Notes under the pieces: generated by a model
Told to the model about the DNA's origin: nothing
What the model saw: the letters and a program-made list of their open reading frames with translations, nothing else
Database searches by the model: none
In this document: piece after piece, positions 1 to 7,230 of the stretch
Layout of the letters: every line of letters begins with the position of its first letter
Position numbering within the stretch: position 1 is the first letter of the stretch
Made by a program: the position numbers and the translations under genes
NCBI GenBank assembly: GCA_964510585.1
Contig: CAZECW010000204.1
Coordinates: 1-12,052, forward strand
Direction: 5' to 3'
DNA from: an uncultured archaeon
GTDB taxonomy: Archaea; Asgardarchaeota; Jordiarchaeia; Jordiarchaeales; Jordiarchaeaceae
DNA length: 12,052 nt

Positions 1-698
1 CTGGGAACCTTCGCTGGGTCCAGGCATATCACGCTTTTTTGAACCAGTCCCTTTAGTGGAATATTGCTCTGTTTTGATGACATTTCCAAGTATTGTAATA
101 ATTCTAGGTAGGTTACGTAGATTGCAGGTTTCATGTATTTAAGGATGTGGAGCATTCTTCCGCTGAGGAGGAAGAGTCCTTCGTTTCCCACCCATCTACA
201 CTCCAGTCTCATGGTGGTACTGACGTCTCCCATGCAGGCCACAGAGTAGAGGGGGTTCCAGCTCCAAAAGTTTAACCCCACAGTGTCTCCTTCTTCTACT
301 CCCGCCATGGCCCACTGTCTGGTGATGGCTTCTACTAATATTTCTGTGTCGCGAGTTGTGACGCCCACATACACCATTTCACCTTCGCAAGGGAACTCGT
401 CGGCGTAGAAAATAGCGAATTCTTCGGGAACGCATAGTCTGCCACCAAAGGGGTTGTTGTTGCTCACTGCCTCCTGCAACTCTTTTCTAGTGGTTAGGGG
501 TAGCTTTTTCACGTCGCTCAGCTTCTTTATGTTTTCGGGCTTTACTCCTGCTTTCTCAAACTTTTTGTGGTGGAACTCTGAGTTATAGTATACGTGTACC
601 AGCTGGCTCTTTAACCGGTTTTCCTGGATACGCTCAATATCTGGCCGAGGCATGGTTTCAATAAAAGGGTTAAAAATTCTGATCTCCGATACCTCCAC
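1..698 (-). CDS. Phenylacetate-CoA ligase (PaaK/ANL adenylate-forming) family protein, 5' part (runs off window start); catalytic motifs degenerate
   Basis: Manual translation (absent from ORF track because truncated): (M)EVSEIRIFNPFIETMPRPDIERIQENRLKSQLVHVYYNSEFHHKKFEKAGVKPENIRKLSDVKKLPLTTRKELQEAVSNNNPFGGRLCVP... matches the PaaK N-terminal pattern (FNPxIETMPR; FxxAGVxPxDI; LPxTxKxEL; PFG). No stop down to base 1. Start is GTG at 698 (upstream in-frame TAA) or ATG at 653. Confidence 0.8.
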   Translation of the reverse strand, partial: MEVSEIRIFNPFIETMPRPDIERIQENRLKSQLVHVYYNSEFHHKKFEKAGVKPENIKKLSDVKKLPLTTRKELQEAVSNNNPFGGRLCVPEEFAIFYADEFPCEGEMVYVGVTTRDTEILVEAITRQWAMAGVEEGDTVGLNFWSWNPLYSVACMGDVSTTMRLECRWVGNEGLFLLSGRMLHILKYMKPAIYVTYLELLQYLEMSSKQSNIPLKGLVQKSVICLDPAKVP

Positions 699-774
699 TC
701 TCTTTGATCTAAAATTTTTGAAATATTACTATTTTATAGGTGTCTAATAAAATTTATTTAAACTCATTTTTCAC

Positions 775-920
775 AGATTCTGCGAAGTTCTCTTCGGCGC
801 TGAACTCCTCCCAGCGCAGAGGCGCACCACGTTGAGGCCACCCAAACCATACTTGCGAGTCCATGGATTTAGAGCAGACCTTACTCTGGAAAAGCCCGCA
901 AACACCACCGTAGGATTCAC
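775..920. other. GC-rich structured intergenic island (candidate ncRNA/leader or decayed IS200/IS605-derived mini-element)
   Basis: 781-900 has 68/120 G+C versus 11/60 in 721-780. Hairpin GCGCTG(797-802)/CAGCGC(812-817) extended by CTCT/AGAG; TTGCG(853-857)/CGCAA(897-901) pairing. No convincing protein in any frame. Confidence 0.35.
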
Positions 921-1067
921 AAATGTGCGAAAAATGGGTTTAAAAGGTATGTTGAATGGTGAAATATTTCTTTTTTTAGCATGGTGTGTCCCATTTCTTA
1001 TGCGATTAACTTATATTCTTAATTCAACATTGGATTTCGGAGACCGGTTTTCACTATGGTGATGTGT

Positions 1068-1706
1068 ATGTCTGAACAGTTGGAGAGAATTGAGCAGTCA
1101 TCTGTGGGTGACGAAGTTATCCAGAGCTTTATTGATGATCACCTTGAACAGTTGAACAGTCCACTAAGGCTGGTTTCGGGGAGGAGATTTGAAGCTGGGC
1201 CCAACGATCCTCCTGCATTCTCGAGGGGCATATATATTTGCAATGTGCCTATAGGCGCCATATATGTTTCCAACCAGTTGTATAATGTTTTGGATAGGGA
1301 TGAGCTTAGGTACATTGTCCTCCATGAGATGTGCCACATTCTCCACAATAATTCTGCGGCTAATGTTCTGCTGGAGTTAAGCAAAACGGGATTTAATCTC
1401 CTACTATCCAAATGGGCCAACATACCCCTACATGAGGTGGAAGACATAGTGGGGGGAGTGAAGGCTATAATAAAAGAGTTCGGACATCCCGGAGTGGAAG
1501 AACAAGTCAAAAAAAATCAGGAACTCAACGCCGACAAGTATGCAGTCATCTGGATGGGAAAAAGAGAACCCGCAATCAGCGCACTAACAAAATTAGCTCA
1601 GGGAAACATTGAAAAACTGTCCCATGTAACCCGCTATGGAAGCTTCGAATTTCCAGTAATCACCATCAAAGAAAGAATAGAAGCCATAAAAAGACTCTCA
1701 CCATAA
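1068..1706 (+). CDS. M48 (HtpX/Ste24-like) zinc metallopeptidase domain protein
   Basis: HExxH motif (IVLHEMCH), the preceding 'LDRDELRYIVLHE' context and a downstream ELNADKYA third-ligand motif are typical of M48. GGTGA SD at 1058-1062 favours ATG 1068 (ORF track starts at 1056). Confidence 0.85.
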   Translation: MSEQLERIEQSSVGDEVIQSFIDDHLEQLNSPLRLVSGRRFEAGPNDPPAFSRGIYICNVPIGAIYVSNQLYNVLDRDELRYIVLHEMCHILHNNSAANVLLELSKTGFNLLLSKWANIPLHEVEDIVGGVKAIIKEFGHPGVEEQVKKNQELNADKYAVIWMGKREPAISALTKLAQGNIEKLSHVTRYGSFEFPVITIKERIEAIKRLSP

Positions 1707-1760
1707 AAAAATAAGGAAAGTTTAGCAAAAAAGAGTTTACCTCCCCTTGGGCAGTAGCCG

Positions 1761-1782
1761 CACCAGAAATCCATTTCTGGTG
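1761..1782. terminator. Perfect 10-bp inverted repeat between convergent genes (possible terminator/processing hairpin)
   Basis: CACCAGAAAT-CC-ATTTCTGGTG lies 2 nt after the reconstructed stop (1785) of the interrupted paralog. A-tracts at 1705-1727 form U-tracts on the minus strand. Confidence 0.45.
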
Positions 1783-1810
1783 TTCTATTCAAAATAGTAT
1801 TTCACTTCAC

Positions 1811-3017
1811 AGATTCCTCCGCAGGAAGCCCCTATTTATAGGTGGGAGGAATGCGGGAACATTTAAGTATTGAGAAAAACCCTCAACTATACTGTGAAGC
1901 AGACTATTATGGTTAAGCTCCTGCCGACACCAGAGCAAGCTGAAGCTCTCCTTGAAACGATGGAGGCTTTCAACAGGGCCTGCAACGAGATAGCTGAAGC
2001 CGCATTTAAACATAGAACAGCCAACAAGGCAAGTCTTCAGAAACTCGCCTACTACAATATTAGACGCAAACATGGTCTTTCAGCCCAGTTGACCATACGC
2101 GCAATCAGCAAGGTGGCTGAAGCCTACAAACGAGACAAGAAAACAAAGCCCACCTTCAGAAGCAAAGGAGCCATAGTCTACGACCAGCGAATCCTCTCCT
2201 GGAAAGGAGTGGAAAGAGTCTCCATACTGACGCTTAGGGGGAGAGAGACCATCCCCGTGAAGTATGGAGCCTACCAGGCTGAAAGGCTCAAAAGAATCAG
2301 GGGGCAAGCCGACCTCATCCACAGAAACGGAGTCTTCCTCCTCGCCGTAGTTGTGGAAACCCCAGAACCACCAACGTACAAAGCTAAGGACTGGCTCGGA
2401 GTCGACCTCGGCATAAAAAACATAGCAACAGACTCCGACGGACAAACATGGAGCGGAAAACAGGTCAACGGACCAAGAAAAAGATACGCAAAGCTCAGAG
2501 CCAAACTCCAAAGCAAGGGAACAAAGTCTGCTAAACGCCTTCTCAAGAAGCGCAGCGGAAAAGAGTCACGCTTCGCCAGAGACATGAACCACCGAATCAG
2601 CAAGTTGCTGGTTGCGAAGGCTAAAGGCACCGGGAGAGGCTTAGCCCTAGAAGATTTGAAGGGCATCCGCTCCCGGATAACGGTTAGAAAGCCCCAACGT
2701 CGCACCCAGCACTCCTGGAGCTTCCGCCAACTCAGACAGTTCATCGAATACAAGGCTAAACTCGCCGGCGTCCCCATCAGACTCGTGGATCCAAGAAACA
2801 CGAGCAGAACGTGTCCAAAATGTGGGTTTACCTCCAAACTGAACAGAAGGGGGGAGCGTTTCCAGTGTGGCAACTGCGGATTCGTTGGGTTCGCAGACCA
2901 CATCGCTGCCCTGAACATTCGGGGCAGGGCTGCAGTCAGCCAGCCATACGTCTCGGGATTTGAACATTTTGTTCAATCTCAGGGACAAGCCCATGAATTT
3001 ATTCATGGGTAGCTGAC
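1811..3017 (+). mobile_element. IS200/IS605-family, tnpB-only (IS1341-like) insertion sequence; target tetranucleotide TCAC
   Basis: TCAC at 1807-1810 precedes the left end, which has the guide GAAG (1825-1828) and a hairpin (TTCCTCC/GGAGGAA, CCTAT/ATAGG). The right end has CAAG (2986-2989), a perfect hairpin CCCATGAAT-TT-ATTCATGGG (2990-3009) and terminal TGAC (3014-3017). GAAG->TCAC and CAAG->TGAC follow the IS608/ISDra2 guide-to-cleavage-site pairing pattern. Boundaries are independently confirmed by restoration of the host ORF. No tnpA, no target duplication. Confidence 0.92.
1894..3012 (+). CDS. tnpB: RNA-guided endonuclease TnpB (IS200/IS605 family), catalytic triad intact
   Basis: RuvC-I GVDLGIKN, RuvC-II LALEDL, Zn finger CPKCG...CGNCG, RuvC-III ADHIAALNI. 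TATA-like TTTAAGTA at 1862-1869 suggests a leaderless GTG start at 1894 (ORF track: TTG 1870). Confidence 0.95.
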   Translation: MKQTIMVKLLPTPEQAEALLETMEAFNRACNEIAEAAFKHRTANKASLQKLAYYNIRRKHGLSAQLTIRAISKVAEAYKRDKKTKPTFRSKGAIVYDQRILSWKGVERVSILTLRGRETIPVKYGAYQAERLKRIRGQADLIHRNGVFLLAVVVETPEPPTYKAKDWLGVDLGIKNIATDSDGQTWSGKQVNGPRKRYAKLRAKLQSKGTKSAKRLLKKRSGKESRFARDMNHRISKLLVAKAKGTGRGLALEDLKGIRSRITVRKPQRRTQHSWSFRQLRQFIEYKAKLAGVPIRLVDPRNTSRTCPKCGFTSKLNRRGERFQCGNCGFVGFADHIAALNIRGRAAVSQPYVSGFEHFVQSQGQAHEFIHG

Positions 3018-3033
3018 CCAACATATATGCAAC
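2850..3033 (+). ncRNA. Predicted omegaRNA/reRNA of the IS605-type TnpB (scaffold to 3017, guide from flank CCAACATATATGCAAC...)
   Basis: Established for TnpB: the scaffold overlaps the tnpB 3' end and right end, and the guide derives from the 3' flank. The right-end hairpin is seen directly; the 5' boundary is a guess. Confidence 0.55.
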
Positions 3034-3737
3034 CAATAATGCACCCATCACCGAAAATGTTAAACTAACCATAATTGTAAGCAGAGGTATTTTCCCAAAC
3101 AGAGACATTGACACGAGCACTAAGCCGAAGACAACTAGTATGGTTCCCAGCATCAAAGTAAGATACCTTCCCCACCTTTTGGCCATAAATAAACCCACAC
3201 CACTTAGGACACCAACCAGTCCCAAGAGAAGGCCACCCCAAGCCAAGATTCTCTGAAAGAGGGCGTAACCTAAACGCTCAGTATAACTGATACCTATACC
3301 TGCTAGGGAAAATAGGTCGATAGGATAATATCCTGTTCTAAAATAGTAGGAGTAAACCCAAGCGTAAAGCCAGCTTCTCTCTAAGTATATTGAAACATCG
3401 GGTGGAATGGGTTGACTGAAAAAGAATATCCCGCAGAAAATTCCGAGAGTGCCTATAACAGCCAGAAACAAGCTTAACACAACAGTTTCCCCAGGGATAT
3501 AACTATCCAATTTATTATCCCCCTACAGTTTTACTTAACAAAATGTTGGCAATCCATATAAGCATACCCGAAGCGGCAAGAAAGTTATGAGTTAACATTT
3601 CCCATTTCCCGACTCTCTAATTCAACCCTTGCCTTTGAGTTTCGCATCTTTGGTAAATTAAAAATTTGAGAGAAAATTTTACCTCATTACCGCTCATTTA
3701 ACCTATTTTGGAGAAAAAAGGGAATTTCAAGGTTGCT

Positions 3738-4286
3738 CTATCCAAACTCGTATTTTACGTCTCCCAAAAGATAAACAAACACCATTATTCCAAATATCAG
3801 AGGAATCACGCCGAAAATCAAGCCCAAACCTCCAAAGGGTGAGGCGAGTCCCCCAAAGAGAAACCCAGACAGGCTGAAAAGATAGGTTGAGGTGGGTCCC
3901 CCAAAGAGAAACGCAAATATGCTGAAAATAATGTTCATCATTGCCATTATCAGGGCCATATAATAGCCCCAATACTTCATTTGGAGCAGCCCAACGCCCG
4001 CAAAGAGATAACATATCGAGAAAATGAAAATAATTGTAGCCACCATGTGATAAATATTTATTATAGACAGATAATCGAAAACAGAAATCAACGGTCCAAT
4101 CCAAAGACCCGGCGGTGAAGGAGAGACTTGGAAAAATGCGAAGCTAACAAACAGGCTCAAGTAGGCTAATCGGTATTCTCCAGCAACAGTTACAGTCTCG
4201 AAAAATACCACTCCGATAAGACATAACACAGAAAAAATAATGAACATAACAGCAATAGCCACAACCCCACTCGGTCTATACGCCAC
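3738..4286 (-). CDS. Membrane-protein array paralog D (~4 TM, 182 aa)
   Basis: GGGAGGG SD then GTG (4286) or ATG (4292): MAYRPSGVVAIA...YLFAGVGLLQMKYWG...VYLLGDVKYEFG*. The ORF track start at 4376 is likely over-extended. Confidence 0.9.
   Translation of the reverse strand: MAYRPSGVVAIAVMFIIFSVLCLIGVVFFETVTVAGEYRLAYLSLFVSFAFFQVSPSPPGLWIGPLISVFDYLSIINIYHMVATIIFIFSICYLFAGVGLLQMKYWGYYMALIMAMMNIIFSIFAFLFGGPTSTYLFSLSGFLFGGLASPFGGLGLIFGVIPLIFGIMVFVYLLGDVKYEFG
3848..3912. repeat. 17-bp exact direct repeat at 48-bp period inside paralog D
   Basis: GTCCCCCAAAGAGAAAC at 3848-3864 and 3896-3912, encoding FLFGG twice; an in-frame 16-codon duplication. Confidence 0.85.
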
Positions 4287-4572
4287 ACACATCCCTCCCA
4301 AACATGTGTTAAATAAGTTACTTTTTACTACTAAAATGTTTTTATTGTGGCAAAACCTTCCATAACTAATCAACAAAGGTTGAGCCTACTTTCAGATATA
4401 AACTGGCCGTTCATGTGCCTTCCAACAGTAGAGATTTATTTGGCTGTCTTAGAAAAAAGGTTCTCAACGTGTAAGCTGGGAAGAGTCGGCTGGGAGGATT
4501 CTACACAGTATAAGAAAAAAATGTTCATTCTGTTCAGAGCAGAAAGGGGTAGGAGGCATAGTTTCCTGTTCC

Positions 4573-5016
4573 CTATTCAAAATCGTATTTTACGTCTCCC
4601 ATTAAATAGATCAGAACTATTATACCAAACACTAGAGGAATTATGCCCACCAACGAAAGCATTGCAAATATACCGCCGACTATGTTGAGTATTCCCAAAA
4701 ATAAAGCTAGCATGCGTCCCCAGTTCTTCATCATGAACAAGCCGACACCAGCCAAAAAGTACAGAGCCGAAAAGATCACAATGCACACAACATAAAAGTG
4801 GTACATATTAATGTAAGACAGCTGGTTAACCGCATAAAAAAGTGTAAAAAAGTTGACTCTCCTAAGTATTACGTCAAAAAGTATCATAGTGTTTAATGAA
4901 GTATAAGATTGGGCAATAACTGTTAATTCAATAGCTATTCCTCCAATGATTCCCAGAGCACCGAAAACGAAAAACAATATAGCCAATGCAATCACTCCAA
5001 CCGGTCTATAACTCAT
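4573..5016 (-). CDS. Membrane-protein array paralog C (~4 TM, 147 aa)
   Basis: GGAGGGAG SD then ATG 5016: MSYRPVGVIALA...LYFLAGVGLFMMKNWGR...IYLMGDVKYDFE*. Confidence 0.9.
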   Translation of the reverse strand: MSYRPVGVIALAILFFVFGALGIIGGIAIELTVIAQSYTSLNTMILFDVILRRVNFFTLFYAVNQLSYINMYHFYVVCIVIFSALYFLAGVGLFMMKNWGRMLALFLGILNIVGGIFAMLSLVGIIPLVFGIIVLIYLMGDVKYDFE

Positions 5017-5077
5017 TCCAACTCCCTCCAACATTACTCATGATTATGGATACTGTGATGTTTTTCTATAAAAGTTT

Positions 5078-5336
5078 TTAGATAAAACTTTCTTCTGAGA
5101 CGCAACCAGTTTTTCCTCCCCTACCTAATTGGTAGCTTTTAAACGTTTCTCCACACTTACCGCACTTCTTTTTGGCTCAGAGGGACTAGCGTCTTCACCC
5201 CAAACAAAAAGCTTCCAATACCCGTTTGCCAATTGAAACCAACCAATTCGAAATATGAAGCAAGTTTAGAAAAATGAACTTCAACACCTTTTCCTCCACA
5301 TTAATTGGTGCAAATAACCTTCCTAGCTTTAAACAC
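5078..5336 (-). pseudogene. Possible relic of a small zinc-ribbon protein (CxxC - Gly/hydrophobic segment - CxxC)
   Basis: AAGGA then GTG: (M)FKARKVICTN*CGGKGVEVHFSKLASYFELVGFNWQTGIGSFLFGVKTLVPLS, then a shift at an A5 run to KKKCGKCGETFKSYQLG...FI*. Requires one in-frame stop and one frameshift. Confidence 0.35.
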
Positions 5337-5364
5337 TATATTCCTTATTCCTGGTCCCAAAAAC

Positions 5365-6633
5365 CTAACATATCTTCACACGGAGACATGGTAGGTTGGT
5401 TTTCATGCTCTCCAGGAAGGGGAGCCCCCGAATACCAGGGATCTTCGAGTAGCCTCCGTCCGTGAGGACTTCATTGCGCACCAGATCTCCGACCTGATGC
5501 GGGGCAGTAGGCCCGCTTCCCGCGCTTAGCCGGCACCTCGGACTTCCACCGTCCTCATTCGGCGCGACACCACGCGGGATCTCATCCGGAGATGAGCGTA
5601 GGGATTTGAACGTTTCGTAGTCAAGAACCTTGAGCGCAAAAGCGGCTGCGGAGCATTTATGTACATCCAAACCAGCGAGCGGAGAGATTTTTTCTCCGAC
5701 TTTTGTGGTGTAGGCCTCACTTCGCCTTTTGGCTCTGCACTTGTGCTCTAAGGTTTGGCCTAACTTGTGGTGGGGGATCCGCTTTACTTTCCTGTTCGCC
5801 CCATGGTTTCCTTTGAACTTCGCCGTGTTGAGCCTTCCGTAAATAACCTCAGCGTTGTAATGCCTGGCGATTTTTTCGATTTTGTTCACCGCCGCGTGTA
5901 GCATGTTGTTTGTTTTGTTTGTCGAGGAGTGCTGGATCTCATGACAGTTGATCTTCCCAACCGCTAGTACTCGTTTCTTCTCTGCAACGGCAAAGTCTAT
6001 ATGTCCAGCGTTAATATCGAGAGCCATCACTCGCTTCGGCTCTGGTTTTGGTTCATCAGTCGCTTCAACGATTATCCGCACATCTTGGCCTTGACCATCA
6101 TCTCTCCGTTTGAGCACGATCGTGTAGGGATGTTTACCGTCAAGCAGGTGCTCGTAGCGCTTCAAAAACTTTTCAGGGATGAATATCTCGGGGTAGATCC
6201 ATCGCTCGCTGAACCCATCTTTAGGTGGTACGTTGATACGGAGCATGATTTTGCCGTCTTGCTGTACGATCCGTGCGTTCAGATTTCCATTTTTCGTCCT
6301 ATCCCCGCGAGAGATTATCAGCGAGTTCCTCCGTTTGGTGTACTCTTCCTTTGATATTTTTCCTTCCATGCGTAGCTTTTGGTTGCGCTTTCCCCCGAAT
6401 GTCACGTGTGGAGGCAGTCCCTCGATCGATTTGTATGCGTCCTTGATGTAGCGTGAATTAAGTCCTGTTTCCTTCTGAAGGATCCGCTCGATTTCGGATT
6501 TCATGATTCCATCCTGCTTCATCGAGTACGCCCTCCGTCTGGCGTTTCCAAAGCGGCGGTAAAGATCCTCAAGCCTCACTGTATCGTGGGGATCTATGTG
6601 TGCGATGACGGCCGGAATGGCTATTTTAGACAT
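5365..6633 (-). CDS. tnpB: IS607-associated TnpB/Cas12f-like protein (Zn-finger-less clade); RuvC-II Glu replaced by Gly
   Basis: VTFGG and SRGDRTKNGNLNARI motifs, RuvC-I MALDINAGHIDFAV, RuvC-II region EVIYGRL (ATT TAC GGA AGG CTC), AYTTKVG...GLDVHKCSAAAFA C-terminal block. AAGGAGGAG SD; 422-aa uninterrupted ORF; the C-terminal ~80 aa overlap the expected omegaRNA region. Confidence 0.85.
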   Translation of the reverse strand: MSKIAIPAVIAHIDPHDTVRLEDLYRRFGNARRRAYSMKQDGIMKSEIERILQKETGLNSRYIKDAYKSIEGLPPHVTFGGKRNQKLRMEGKISKEEYTKRRNSLIISRGDRTKNGNLNARIVQQDGKIMLRINVPPKDGFSERWIYPEIFIPEKFLKRYEHLLDGKHPYTIVLKRRDDGQGQDVRIIVEATDEPKPEPKRVMALDINAGHIDFAVAEKKRVLAVGKINCHEIQHSSTNKTNNMLHAAVNKIEKIARHYNAEVIYGRLNTAKFKGNHGANRKVKRIPHHKLGQTLEHKCRAKRRSEAYTTKVGEKISPLAGLDVHKCSAAAFALKVLDYETFKSLRSSPDEIPRGVAPNEDGGSPRCRLSAGSGPTAPHQVGDLVRNEVLTDGGYSKIPGIRGLPFLESMKTNLPCLRVKIC

Positions 6634-7230
6634 GGCACTCCTCCTTTATCGCTTTCACGATTTTTTTCACCCCACGCTTCCCGTAGAGCCTCGCCGGAAA
6701 AGATGTTATTGTCGCTATCAGGTCTTTGACGAGTTCCTCGTTCGGGCTTTTCGTTTCGTCTTCCTCCACAACGATAACTTCACAGGAAGCGGGGGCTTCC
6801 TTTCAGATACTCGAACCCAAACCTCGCCAGTCGATCCTTGTATTCCACTACTACCGTGTCTATTTCGCCCCTTCGGAAGCCCAGACAGTTTTTTAGCCCC
6901 CTGCGGTTCTCGTTTAACCCAGAAGCGATGTCTTCGAACGTACCAACTACTTTCAATTTTTTCGCTGCGCAGTAGGTTAACAACCTCTCTTTCTGTCTGT
7001 CCAAGTTTCCTGCATCCCGCTGTTTCTTTGTCGAAACTCTCGTATAGATAGCCGTCCCCTTGGCTTCTCTCGCGATAACACCCATTATCCTGTCTAGCTC
7101 CGCCTTCTCCGCGTATCGGTGCTTCCCGAGTCTCACACCTCTTATCACGCCTTGGTCGACGTACTTCCTCAAGCGTGTTTGGATGCAGCCCCGTATACTC
7201 CGAGGCCTCTTTCATTCTTAATAATGGCAT
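6626..7230 (-). pseudogene. tnpA: IS607 TnpA (MerR-like HTH + serine recombinase), frameshifted
   Basis: MPLLRMKEASEYTGLHPNT (+1 base at ~7173) LRKYVDQG...AIYTRVSTKKQ...GNLDRQKERL...EDIASGLNENRRGL...VVVEYKDRLARFGFEYL (shift at ~6781-6800) EVIVVEEDETKSPNEELVKDLIATITSFPARLYGKRG...KEECHV*. The YxRVS catalytic serine and the EELVxDL..I.SF..RLYG motifs are diagnostic. Confidence 0.92.

Larger units (their letters stand above)
1785..3510 (-). pseudogene. Membrane-protein array paralog E (172 aa when joined 3018..3510 + 1785..1810), interrupted by the IS605-type element
   Basis: TTG start with GGGGGA SD. MDSYIPGETVVLS...SGVGLFMAKRWGR...AYMLG; joining the flanks of 1811..3017 gives GCA TAT ATG TTG G|GT GAA GTG AAA TAC TAT TTT GAA TAG = AYMLGEVKYYFE*, the family C-terminal motif. 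As currently inserted, the ORF reads through to 2647 (287 aa). Confidence 0.9.

Noticed and set aside
832-1062. 76-aa plus-strand ORF
   Set aside because: TTG start without SD, spans promoter-like AT tracts and the structured island, no recognisable motif.
1710-1718. 9-nt match (AATAAGGAA) to the predicted IS607 guide seed
   Set aside because: No GG-ending TAM upstream, and a short A-rich match is expected by chance.
1664-1774. Tiny minus-strand ORF MDFWCGYCPRGG... with a CxxC
   Set aside because: About 36 aa, overlaps the terminator hairpin and the peptidase 3' end, single CxxC, no SD.
1139-2918. Minus-strand ORFs 1139..1510, 1164..1346, 1807..2073, 2080..2511, 2271..2918
   Set aside because: Antisense shadows of the M48 peptidase and tnpB genes, which have clear family motifs.
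1811-3017. IStron (self-splicing) rescue of paralog E
   Set aside because: The element is antisense to the host gene, and its ~80-nt left end has no room for a group I intron.
3727-4786. ORFs 3727..4104, 4347..4688 and 4577..4786
   Set aside because: Alternative-frame or antisense overlaps of paralogs C and D with no motifs.
5274-7051. ORFs 5274..5465, 5526..5720, 6001..6354, 6233..6451, 6596..7051
   Set aside because: Shadows of the IS607 genes; 6718..7233 and 6780..7172 are fragments of one frameshifted tnpA, not two genes.
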